Position numbers and translations under genes: made by a program
Notes under the pieces: model-generated
What the model saw: only the letters and a program-made list of their open reading frames with translations
Database searches by the model: none
Told to the model about the DNA's origin: nothing
DNA from: Vicugna vicugna
Lineage: Eukaryota
Direction of reading: 5' to 3'
DNA: 64,000 bases
NCBI GenBank assembly: GCA_013265495.1
Contig: MU058584.1
Location: 5,090,508 to 5,154,507, forward strand
Shown: one piece after another, positions 37,051 through 49,510 of the stretch
How positions within the stretch are numbered: position 1 is the first letter of the stretch
How the letters are laid out: every line of letters begins with the position of its first letter

Positions 37051-38329
37051 ATGGACTTTTTTTTTTTTTACAGAAAGCAAAACTGTCACTCAGGATGAGC
37101 AAAGGCCTTGCCTGAAGTCCCTCCCCAAGTAAATAAACAGTAAATATCAGTCTATAGCCTTCCCTTCCCTTCCCTTAGTGTCCCCTTGCCTCCCCTCCCC
37201 GTCTCTTCCCTCCCCTCCCCTCCCTTGCCCTACCCTTTTCTCTTACCCTGGAAGATTTTACCCACATGGTTAGCCATCTATATGATGATGACTCACAAAT
37301 GTACATTTTCAGCCCATAGCTCTTTTAAGGGCTCCAGAGTCACATCTAGGAGTCTAGTCAACATTTCCTCTTGGAGAGATTATCTGACTAATTCTGACTC
37401 TATCTTCAAAGCTTCACTGAAAGTCTCACTGGCCCAACACGGATCAGGTGACCATTCTTGTTCCCACACAGTGTGTTATGTCCTAGGCAGAGATAAGCAT
37501 AGCACGATGGGACATAGAGCGAAAGGGTCCAACTCTACCATGAGGGTCCGATAACACCTCCCAAAGACGTTATTTAAAAGGGGACTGTTTGTGACAGAAT
37601 TTTCAACACTATTCCTCCATCTTTGGCTCCAGGAAGTCAATTGGTCAATTAAGAACACCATCTCCTCCCTGGTTAGCAGATGTCCCTGACTTTGAATGTA
37701 GACATGTGATATTCCAATGTAGACTCCTCCGCAAGAGCTGGACTGTCATCCTGTCTTGGCTCCCAGCTCAGTCCCTCTGCTGCAAGTCCCTGTGTGATAA
37801 TAAAATACAAGATCATAGCTTGGAAATGGAGTGTGCATCTGGTGTGGATTGTTGTTTCGGTTTAATTAGGACTCGCTGTTTACTGAATTCCTATAATCTG
37901 ATTTGACAAATCGTGTTAGTTACTTGCTCTGCAGACCTTGAACACAAGGCATACATCAGGGACTGTGACTCCCTCTTCCCCCTTTAAAAATCATCTTTTG
38001 GTACATTAAAGAAAAAGCAAGTGTGCCTGGACTTCTGTTTGTTTGTTTGCTTGCTTCTTTATTATCTACCTATAGAATTACAAACGCTGTGATAGATATT
38101 TGATTCTCTGTAGGAAGAACAGCCTGGCTCCAATATGCCTTCAGCACATTAAATTCAACACATTCTAAAGTGCACCTAGGTGTGCACAGCACAGCAGCAG
38201 TTAGAAACATGAGGAGAGCAGTCTTCACTCTTCCAGGATTTCTCCTGGAACTGGTTCAGGAGACAGATCCACTGACAAGTAACTACAATCCAAGGCAGAC
38301 CAAGATAAGAGCCATAAGAGAGGTAATTA

Positions 38330-38530
38330 TCCCTTTCATTTGTTTATCCCAGCTCAGTTTACAAAGAAATTCCACATACGTTACCTCACTGGATCCACAC
38401 AAGGGCTCTATGAGATGGGTGTTATTATCCTCATTTGAGAGTCATAGATAACCGAGGCTCAGGGAGATTAAATGTCCTGCCCATGTTCCCAAGCTAGTAA
38501 CTGACACAGGAGTCTTTAAATCCAGTCTAG
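38330..38530 (-). mobile_element. MIR SINE
   Basis: 'ctctatgagatgggtgttattatcctcattt...aaccgaggctcagggagattaaatgtcctgccca'. Confidence 0.75.
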
Positions 38531-39671
38531 CACAAGGGAAGGACAGAGGAGGGAGAGAATCACTTTAGCAGAAACAATGAGAGAAAGTCTCACGGAGGAG
38601 GTGTGACTCAAGTTGAGCCTTGACCTTCTGGAACAGAAGTGAAAAGAAAAGGAATTCCAGAGAGAAGAAACTTTTTAGTAAGGAAATCTGTGGAGGTGGG
38701 AGAAGAGGCAGTAGCCTGGGTACCCATGACTTTCCATCAAAATTAATGGAACAAATATAAATTGAGCACGATATTAAGTACTTTACATAATTCGAAAGCA
38801 AAATGTTCTTTCCCTGAAGGATCATGTAGCTTGAGGGAAAACATAAACACAAAACAAATGAGATTAATACAAGAGAATACTTAAATAACAGTCCTACTGT
38901 GAAATACACATAATAGGTATTGTAAGAGTAGGGCTTTTATTTTTATTTATTTATATTTTATTTTATCGATACTGTGATTGGCTACAGCAGAGGGGGCAGA
39001 TTTTTAGAAAGCGTGTGATAAAACTGCTCTAAAGAATCAATGTTTTAGGGAGAAATTAGACATTAAGTTGGGCCTGGAGAATGAGAAAATACTTCAAAGC
39101 TCTGAGTAAGCAGGCCTGCATGCTCAGTAAACAGCAAGTGTTCTTGGGGTGGATGTGGGGGCGAGCGGTGCTGCCTAGCAATGCTTATTGGGCTTGTGGA
39201 GAGATTGATGGATTTAAAGAAAATGAGGGGAGCCTTCCCTGCGGGGTGCTGAGCTGTGCTGACTCATCCCACCTTGAAACTAACCAACCCCTTGAAAAAA
39301 CGGGGAAGAGAGAAACCGGAGGAAGGTTGTCTCTGGAGCCAAGCCAGGCAGAAGGGTAGCACCTGCATATTGACTGAGTCTAATGTATTCCTGGCAGGAC
39401 ATTGGACACACAGAAACATGATTTCACTCAGGCCTCACATCACGTTTTGAAACAGATCAAACAGGGATCATAAATGCGTGTTTCAGGTAGTAAACACTCT
39501 TAGGGAGTTAAAGAACCTACCCAAAGTCACACTGATAGGTTGCAGCAGAGCCAGAATTAAAAATTAGGTCTGTTGGAGCTAGCTCTAAGTCCACATCAAC
39601 CGTACATCAACAGAGTAACCATTTTCTGTTAAATTTCATCACAGCTCATTAGTTTAATAATGTGACAGAAA

Positions 39672-41006
39672 TATGCTTGAAATTCATAAAGCTGGTAACT
39701 TTAAATTGAAGCCAATGCTCATTTACCACTCTGAAAATCCTAGGGCCCTTAAGAACTAGGCTAAATGTACTCTGCCTGTGTTCTACCAATGGAACCACAA
39801 AAGCCTGAACGACAGCACACCTGTTTATGACATGGTTTACTGAATAGTTTAAGCCCACTGTTGAGACCTACTGCTCAAGAAAAAAAAAAAAAGGTTCCTT
39901 TCAAAATATTCCTGCTTATTGACAATGCATCTGGTCATTCAAGGACTCTGATGGAGATGTACAAGATTAATGTTGTTTTCAGTCCTGCTAACACAACATC
40001 CATTCTTCAGCCCATGGATCAAGGAGTAACTTCAACTTTCAAGTCTTAGTATTTAGCAAATACATTTTATAAAGCTATAGCCACCAGAGATGCGGATTCC
40101 TTTGATGGGTCTGGGCAGAATAAATTGAAAACCTTCTGGAAAGGATTCACCATTCCAGATGCCATTAAGAACACTCATGATTCATAGGGAAAGGTCGAAA
40201 TATCAACATGAACAGGAGTTTGGAAGATGTTGCTTCCAACCCTCATGGATGACTTTGAGGGGCTCAAGACTTCAGCGGAAAATATAACTGCAGAAGTTGT
40301 GGAAATATCAAGGAAACTAAAATTAGAAGTGGAGCCTCGAAGTGTGACTAAATTACTGCAATGTCATGATAAAACTTGAGCAATTGAGGAGTTGCTTCTT
40401 CTGGATGAGCAAAGAAAATGGTTTCTTGAGATGGAATCTACTCCTGGTGATGATGCCGTGAAGACTGTTGAAATGACAACTTAAGTATTTATAATATTAC
40501 ATAAGCTTAATTGACAAAGCAGTGGTGAGGTTTGGGAGGAATGACTCCAATCTTGAAAGAAGTTCTACTGTGGGTAAAAGGCTATCAAACAGCATCGCAT
40601 GTTACAGTGAAATCACTCAAGAAAGGAAAGGTCAACAGATACAGAAAATTTTATGGTTGTTTTATATTAAGAAATCGCCACAACTATCAAAACCTTCAGC
40701 AACCATGACCTTCATCAGTCAGTAGCCATCAACACTGAGACAGGGCCCTCCCTCCACCAGCTAAAAGATTACAGTGCTCTGAAGGCTCAGATGTTAGTTA
40801 GCACTTTTTAGCAATAAAGCATTAATTAAGGTATGTACATTTTTAAGACATAATGTTACTGCACACTTAATAGACTAGAGTGTAGTGTAAACATAACTTT
40901 TATGTGCACTGGAAGACTAAAAAAATTGTGTGACTCACTTTATTGCAATATTTGTTTTATTGCAATGATCTGGAACCAAACCTGCAATATCTCCAAGGCG
41001 TGCTTC
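39672..41006 (+). mobile_element. Tigger1 (pogo/TcMar) DNA transposon, 5'-truncated, with dead transposase
   Basis: Peptides '[13 protein letters not shown]' and '[15 protein letters not shown]' (pogo DDE motifs) with stops and frameshifts; 3' TIR 'ggaaccaaacctgcaatatctccaaggcgtgcttc' followed by TA. Confidence 0.92.
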
Positions 41007-41009
41007 TAC

Positions 41010-41860
41010 TGAGAGAGGGCTGTTGAGATCTTTGACTACACTTGTGGGTTGGTCCCTTTTTACTTGCAGTTCTACCAGCTTTTGAAGCTCTTCATTTATC
41101 TTGAACCTCTGTTATTAGGTGCATAAATGTTTATGATTTTTATGTCCTCTTGATAAATTGACTCCAATGTTATGAAATGGAACTTTTCATCCCTAGTAAC
41201 ATTCTTTGCTCTGATAACTACTTTGCCTTATGTTAATATAGCCACCTCAGTTTTTTTCCAGCATTTTATAAGGTGTATCTTTGTACACCTTTTTACTTTT
41301 AACCTATTTATGTCTTTATATCTAACATGGATTTCTTACACAAATAAAGAGAATTTCTGCTTCTTAATCAAGTGTCTAGCTTTTTTACATTTAATGTCGT
41401 CATTAAATGGTTGGTTTTAATTCTAACAGAATTTTTTAAAATTTCTTTTCATATCGTTTTGTTTCTTCTTTTCTCTCTCCCTTTGGATTAATTTTTAAAG
41501 ATTCTATTTCTTCTCATTTGTTGGTTTATTAGCTATAACTATTTGCTATTTTTAGTTAGTTGCTTTAGAGTTTATAGTATACATTTAAATATTCAAAATA
41601 AACTTTCAAGTAATATTATACCATTTCTTGTAGTGTCTTAAAAGTGGAAGTATCTTGCTATTTCTCTCTTCCAGTCTTTTTTTCTATTTTTGTTTTGTAC
41701 AATAAAGTTTTGCTCTACTGTCCCTGCATTGTTTCCAAATGGAAATCTGCTGTCCTACTTATCTTTTTTCTCTGCATATAATATGCCCCTATCCCCCCAT
41801 AGAGGTTTCTACATTTTTCTCTATATCACTTATTTGCAGCAATTTGATTATGATGCACAG
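41010..41860 (-). mobile_element. Old L1M fragment, antisense
   Basis: 'ctctgttattaggtgcataaatgttt', 'gttaatatagccacctcag', 'ttttacttttaacctatttatgtctttatat'. Confidence 0.75.
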
Positions 41861-42469
41861 AGGGGAAGTCTGCCATCAGGGAGACCTAATTAAGAAGCTG
41901 GCATGATGCAATCCACATGTGACACAAGGAAATCCAGGGTGGTCATGCAGAAGTGAGATGGGAAATGCAACCAGCAAAGATTTAGAATAAGGGCTGGCAT
42001 GAGGATAAGAAGAAAAATAGAAAAAGGAAAATGGGGAAGACTTTTTTTCCTCTCCAAAATATAGGAAAGATTAATGTTTCAGTTCTCTCTTACATCCAAA
42101 AGGCAAACAGGAAAGAATAGCCATACATCAGGGTGAATTTTAATTTTACATAGAGAATAACTTTTAAAAATAATCCATGTGATAAAACTCTGTTAAGAGC
42201 TCAGTAACTAAAACCTTCAAGAAGAAAATGAGTCACTTTGACAGGTTTGCAAATATTTACTTCCCCCAAAGTTGTGAATAACACCAGATTATCCTCTGAA
42301 CTCTTATCTCTGAGAATCTATCAATTTATGAAGACAAATACAAATGGAATAAAATTTCTAAGAGTGACAAAGGATCCTGAAATTTGATATAAACTGATAC
42401 TGCAAGTGAATTTCAAGAGAGTAAGATCATGGGTATCTTATTCCAAAGATATGGTTTTCATTTCAGCCC

Positions 42470-42660
42470 TGCTAACGTTCTATTTGTATGACCTTGAGCA
42501 AGTCACTTAACCACTGAAGACTCAATTTCTTCAACTATAAAATGAATGCAATAAAACTACTGTTCCTTATCCAACTAATTAAAGTATTACAAGGATCAGA
42601 TAGCATAATACTTATGAAAATGTTCTGTCAACTATAAAAGATTATGCAAATGTTATTCTA
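42470..42660 (+). mobile_element. MIR SINE
   Basis: 'tgtatgaccttgagcaagtcacttaacc...ctcaatttcttcaactataaaatg'. Confidence 0.75.
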
Positions 42661-43489
42661 ATTTTTCATGAATTCATTTATTTAATGCAGCTTAAGGTGA
42701 AATGAAGGTTCCTGAATGCACTGACTTTATAGCATGCAGCAGATTACAACAAAAACAAAATAGAAAAATTCAAATCAGAAAGAGAAAGGATTTAGTCTAC
42801 CTGCTGCTTTCAAATGGAAACCTATGTAAACCATTTCACAAATGGATATGGTCTTTGAATCAACAATGTTACTGTAGTAACCCATTTTTGGTAAGAGTGG
42901 AAGACGACATAGGACAGGAGAAAAAACACCCTTTAATACTTTAAAAGTATGATTTACTTCTAGTTCCCAAATTATGATAGGGATTCGGTTGACTATGCAA
43001 TCCACACACAGAAAAGAGCAATTTTCACGGAAGCCAAGAAGGAAGTGATTTTTTTTTCCAAAGGCCAGCAATACTATTGCAATGAGATACACTGTATATA
43101 AAAGTTTGACACCTAGTGGATATATCAGGCATAAAATCAAAAGTCATAAACTAAAGGAAGACTTTAAGAATGCCTAGAAGTTAGAAAGGATATCCATCTT
43201 GAAATAATATCCGTATGTCATTTTCCTTGTATCCTGGAAGAGCCTTCATGAAACTATTTGGTGAGACTGCCTCGTTTTTCTGCAGTTCACTCTTAGTTCT
43301 CTCTGCAAAAGGCAGTTAAAAAAAAAATGCTCCCATTCTTGAAGATTCTTCATAGAAACTGCCCAGATCAGAATGTTCCCCAATTCCTCTGGCAAATTCC
43401 AATGATCATCCACCTACCATCTGACTCCCACTGAAGCACGATGTTCACCAGTCAGAGGAACATGGGATTGGGGCAGATTTTAAAGTCCA

Positions 43490-44240
43490 GTCATTCATTT
43501 GTTTCTTGGCAGTCTTCATATTCTGTATGCCAAGCACTGTTCTGTGCACTTTACACATTGTTAACTCATTTAGTGATTAATTATCTAATCATCCCAATAA
43601 CATTTGTTGAGCTTACACAGAGTTCTCAGAATATATTAGACCCTATGCTTGTTGTAAAATAGTCCTTTCCTCAAGGAACTCGCAGTAAACTAGGTGAAGC
43701 AGACACATAATACAATGTATTATAATTATCTGCCTACGAGCAGTCATTAAATATGCAGAGAGAAGCACAGAATCGTGGAGGAACAGTACTTAATCTAGGA
43801 GATAGGGTATGGGGGAGGTGTCAAGGGAGCCTCCACAGGAAGGTGTCACCTGAGGGCTGAGCCCCGCTGTGAGCCAGTCTGTTGAGTAGGGCTGAGAGTG
43901 GGGAGAATGAGCAGTAGAGTGGAGTGAGGCTGAGCTGGTGGTGAGGAGGTTGTTTCAGGCAAAGGGGAGAGCAGGAACAAATGCAGAGATGCAATAAGCA
44001 ATCAGCTCACTGTTCCTGGAAGGTAAAGACTGAGACAGACAGTGCAAGAGATGAGGCAGAATATATGGACAGGCCTGAATGAAGGAGCTTTGCCCTTGCC
44101 CTGTGAAGAAAACAGAAATACACCGAAGAATTTTAACTAGGGGGGTAAGAGTTCAGATTCATACTTTATAAAGTTTACATAATTTAGAAGGTCTGCTTGA
44201 TAGAGGGTGTGTGACTGGAAAGGTACAACCAGTTAGGACA
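43490..44240 (-). mobile_element. L2 LINE fragments, antisense
   Basis: 'tcattcatt...tatgccaagcactgttctg', 'tcctcaaggaactcgcagt', 'ccacaggaaggtgtcacctgag'. Confidence 0.55.
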
Positions 44241-47117
44241 CCTGTACTATTAGAATAAATATGAGCTCAATACACACCCGTATTATCAGTATCATAAATT
44301 ACTGTATAGCTTTCTATACTGCACTTGAATATACACTAACAGTGAATCAACTATACCAAAGAAATCTTATTTTTTTTTAACCTTCATTAAATTTAAAAAT
44401 TTCCTCCTTCATTGTTTGCTTGAAGGGAGCCATGGGTTAGGCTCACTTCTGGTAGAAGACCAAAGACACCTGAAAGGAGTCAGACCTTCTCTCTCCCACT
44501 CGTGTCTTGGCCATTGTGTAGCTGTGAGTCATGGGAACAAGACTCAAGTTCCTCAACCGCAAAATAAATGGACCGATGCTTAAGTTCTGCTTATACTTGA
44601 AAGTTCTATGAAGCAATATTTATTCTTTTTGGCATTTTCTTATTCTTCAAAGGAAATTGGAGACAGATATATAAGTACCTTTATATATCTTATCTTTCAG
44701 TGTCTGTGAATAAGACAAGTAGTGTGAATATGTATGATAATTAAACCTCCCAGATCTGCAACACGGACATTGTAAGATTTAAACACACATACGGTATTCA
44801 TATTAAATAGTGCATAAGACATCTCTGTATGTGCCAGGATACGAAACTATCCAGAATATCCTTATGTGCCAACATAGTGAGTCAAGTCTAAGTTTTTTAA
44901 CTTAAAAATTTTTTTTAAATTCCTTCTTTACTTATCTTTGAAAGATGCTCTGATTGAATCTGTAATTTGGGAAAAGGTAAAAACTGGCTGAAGGCTTTAA
45001 TCAAGAAAAATATTCAAAAAAAAAGAGAAAAATACTCAAATATCCTTAACTAAAATTCTGTTAACATTTAAATTGTCAATAATAATAATTTCTTGAAATG
45101 TTCTACTGGGATAGAAAACAAGTGGTCTTCGCTACAAAACAACAATGTTTTAGGAGCATATCTGATTTTTATGACTATAAATTTCATAGCAGGAAGTAAG
45201 AGCTGGGACACACTTTGCTTTGCTGAAACCTATTAATAATGCAGGGATTTGCTTAAGCTGACAAGTGATTATCCTGCATATTCAGATATAAACAAGACCC
45301 TGATTTACTCTCTGGATTGTTCTTTCTCTCCAAGGGTATTCATAGAGGAGCTCTACTTATTTTACCTGGGAACCACACCATCCACAACAGTTCACGTTTA
45401 TGGTCTTTGATTGATTTCAGCTGAGCTGATCAGACCTACCGTCTACCGCCCACATCATTAACATGGACAAAATAAATGACTAACCATGGCATTGTCCTAC
45501 AATCAGGGATGTGATGCCTTGTCAATAACTTGGTGTATATGTTCACCTTATAAATGAGAATTCAATTATTTCATCACCAATTATCTAGGCTGTCCACCTG
45601 TTGAAAATAAAGACATTACTTATTTCCTTCTCTGTAAAGCAGTTTTCCCCACACAGCGTGATTGTATGTGGGTGCATACAGCCTGCAACACGTAAACACC
45701 CTTGATGTAAGGAAAGGGAGCAAATTCTATGTGAGGAACCCATGGTGGGAAACAACCAAGTAACATGGGCCTGGAAGTCTACATAGGTGGTCTTAAGATT
45801 GCCAGTGGCTGGCATACGGTTAAGGGGAAACGCCTGCCTGGAAGAGAGTGCCCTGTGCAAACATCAAAGTGATGCTTCTGAGAGGGGCAATTTTTATATT
45901 GCTGTTGGCAGGGCTAGATACTCATTCAAATCATTCGAAGTCCCTACAAAAGGCTTGGCATATTCTGCGCTTGGCGGGAGCTGGTTGGGATTGTGACATT
46001 TATCCCCTTCCAATCCTTTAAACTGACATGACGCCTCCCTGTCTCCAATCTCAGACTGACGGCCTGGGGTGGTTGCTTTCAGGCCACCGTGACAGGAGCA
46101 GACTGCTGTGGTTTTGTATTTAGTGGAGCAAGGCAGCAATCCACAGCTGAAACACAATGGAGACTGAGACAGAGAGGGTGCCTTCAGCTGAAAAGTTCCT
46201 ACAGCACTGAACTGCTATGTTCAACTGGTCCATCAAGTGGTCCGTCAGGATGCAGGATGAAATTATTAGGATGCTATTTACATTAATTTACATTTAATTT
46301 GTTTTGTGAATAGTTTATGATACATAATATATTAATACAAGTGTATACGTATTATAAATAAATACACACATATAATGGGTGACAACCTGAAACATTTTTT
46401 ACTAATAGGGATGCATAGTCTAATAAGCTGGCAGCTCACTGGGGTTGTTTCTCGTGTTAATGCACGCATTTCTGGAAGAGGGTCTTGCTTTGCCTCTGGA
46501 AGACTGCCTTAGATCCCAGAGTCCTGTTTGTTTTCCACTCTTTCTCATTGTTATTAATCACTATTGTATTAGCTCCCCTAATTAGAATGTAAGCTCCAAG
46601 AGGGCACAGCTCACCATCTGTGTTGTTCCCTAATGTATGCTGAGGGCCTAGAGCAGTGCCTGTCACGTAGCACATATATAACACTGGCTGAATAAATAAT
46701 AGAACCCTATAACCAAAGGTTTTATTTCAGCCCCCCAGATTCTTTAAAAGTGGGAGTTTAAACAGCAAATATTCAATAAATTGATTAGCCCTTATTGATT
46801 TCATGATTTTCATTATTAGGGATGTTTCCCAAATTTCACTGTTATAAAAAGAGCTACCCCAGTGCATTAACTAAACAATCTTTTCCCCCAGATGATTTAC
46901 TTAAGGGATTCCTAAACGATTCCTCTTCAGACAGTAAAGATCAGTTCTTCTGAATTACAGTTTTGCATCTCTAGAAGCCCCTTGTTAAAGTGCCAATGGC
47001 ACCAAAGAGGTGACACATTTAGGCACACTTGTCCCTTATACTGCTTTCCACTGCCAAGGAACTGCCAGTTCCTGTTCCTGTACAAAGGAGGTGGGAATAA
47101 AGAGCAAGGACAGTATA

Positions 47118-47645
47118 CGCTATTGTTCTTTGTGCTATTGTAAACGGAATTGCTTTCTTAATTTCTCCTTGAGGTGGTTCTTTGTTAATGTTTAGAAGCA
47201 CAGCTGATTTTTGTTTGTTGATTTTGTATCCTGCAACTTAACTGAATTTATTAGTTTTAACAGTTTTGTGGTGGTATCTTTAGGATCTTCTATATATAAA
47301 ATCATGTCATCTGCCAACAGAGACAATTTTACCTCTTCCTTTCCAATTAGTATGGCTTCTATTTCTTTTTCTTGCCTAATTGCTCAGGCTAGGACTCTCA
47401 CTGTTATGTTGAATAGAAATGGTAAGAGTTCAGCTTTTCACCATTGAGTATAATGTTGGCTGGATGGCTGTCTTATATGGGCTTTATGATGCTGCGGTAC
47501 ATTCCTTCTGTACCTAACTTGTTCGCAGTTTTTATCGTGAAAGAATGAGAAATCCTTTTGCATCTGTTGAGATGATAATATGACTTTTATCTTCCATTCT
47601 GTTAATGAGGTATATTACATTTATTGATTTACATATGCTTATCTG
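47118..47645 (-). mobile_element. L1 ORF2 (RT region) fragment, antisense
   Basis: Antisense translation 'EIKKAIPFTIA'; 'atcatgtcatctgccaacagagacaattttacctcttcctttcca'. Confidence 0.9.
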
Positions 47646-48276
47646 TCTATGTACACAGGGGGGTACCCTGATTTAAAAACACTTTTACTATCAAAAATCC
47701 ATATTTGCCAAAAAAAAAAAACCTAAACTGAGAGTATTTGCTTTATATGTAGCTGTCCTAAAGCTCTTCTTTTGAATACAGAGTGCTTCTTCCATGTTAT
47801 TGATTCATTTTACACACTAGTTTTCTAGGAACATAGTGTCTAAATAGAAGTACACAATCAAGATCCTCTCACTGCTTTCTCCCCTTTGGTTCTGCTGCTT
47901 TATCATCACTGACCGAGAAATCTCCTTTTTCAGTCTTCACTGTATATATCCATTTCCTTTTTCCCTAACAACATCAATATGGCAACTGAAGGCTCATTTT
48001 ATTATTTCTTCAACTTCAGACACATGGGCATCATTTTCTTCTTTGTAGTTTCCTGCCTATTTGTTTACAGACATAAAACTCACTTTTTATGCTGATTTCT
48101 TTTCTTTACCACATGATCAATGACATGTGAGATTTATAGAGCCCATTTCTGAGTGTCGGCTGTGATAAATTGAGAGCTGTCATTCCTGTATGGTGTACAA
48201 ATAGGATGAAAGTTTCCAGATTCATAACCAGTGCAATTACCATGTGCCTTCACAGCTTTGAAAAGTAAGTGATCCA

Positions 48277-49510
48277 TAATTTATCATTTGTGGACTTTTG
48301 AATGATGGCCATTCTGACTGGTGTGAGGTGATAGCTCATTGTAGTTTTGATTTGCATTTCTTTGATAATTAGCAATATTGAGCATTTTTTCATTTGCCTA
48401 TGGCTATTTGTATGTCTTCATTGGAGAATTGCTTATTTAGGTTTTCTGCCCATTTTTTGGATTGGGTTGTTTGTTTCTTATTAAATTGTATGAGCTGTTT
48501 ATATATTCTGGAAATTAAGCCTTTGTCAGTCTCATCTTTTGCAAGTATTATATAGGTTGTCTTTTTGTTTTACTTATTGTTTCCTTTGCTATGCAAAAGT
48601 TTATAAGTTTAATTAGGTCCCATTTGTTTATTTTTGCTTTTTTTTCTATTGCTTGGGTAGACTGTCCTAGGAGAACATTGCTAAGATTTATGTCAGATAA
48701 TGTTCTGCCTATGTTTTCTTTTAAGAGGTTTATAGTGTCTTATGTTTAAGTCTTTAAACCATAAATGATAAATGAGGGTGTGGGGAAAAGGGAACCATCC
48801 TACACTGTTGGTGGCAATGTAGTTTGGTGCAGCCATTATGGAAAACAGTATGGAGATTCCTTAAGAAACTAAAAGCAGACTTACCTTATGATCCAGCAAT
48901 TCCACTCTTGAACATATATCCAGAAGGAACTTTATTTCAAAAAGATACATGCACACAAATGTTCACAGCAGCACTATTTACAATAGCCAAGACATGGAAA
49001 CAACCTAAATGTCCATCGACAGATGACTGGATAAAGAAGTTGTGGTATATTTATACAATGGAATACTACTCAGCCATAAAAAAGAATAAAGTAATGCCAT
49101 TTGCAGCAACATGAGTGGACCTGGAGATTGTCATTCTAAGTGAAGTAAGCCAAGAAGAGAAAGAAAAATACTATATGATGTCACTTATATGTGGAATTTA
49201 AAAAAGACAAATTAACTTATTTACAAAACAGAAACAGACTCACAGACATAGAAAACAAACTGGTAACTTATGGTTACCAGTGAGGGAAGGAAGTGGGAAG
49301 GGATAAACTGGGAGTTTGAGATTAGGAGATATTAACTAATATATATAAAATGATTAAACAACAAGTTTACACTGTTTAGCACAGGAAACTATATTCAGTA
49401 TCTTGTAGTAACCTATAATGAAAAAGAATATATGTGTGTATATGTATGACTGAACTATTATGCTGTGCACCAGAAATTGTACACTGACTATACTTCAATT
49501 TGAAAAAATA
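48277..49510 (+). mobile_element. L1 3' end with 5' inversion (antisense 48277-~48760, sense ~48761-49510)
   Basis: Sense part encodes the ORF2 C-terminus '[16 protein letters not shown]...WYIYTMEYYSAIKKN' plus an artiodactyl-type 3'UTR; the upstream part is antisense ORF2; flanking GTGATCCA at 48269-48276 and 49514-49521. Confidence 0.9.

Noticed and set aside
39861..40725. Transposase ORFs as an active or domesticated gene
   Set aside because: Fragmented by stops and frameshifts and lacking the N-terminal half.
48824..49114. 96-aa ORF as a host gene
   Set aside because: It is the L1 ORF2 C-terminus.
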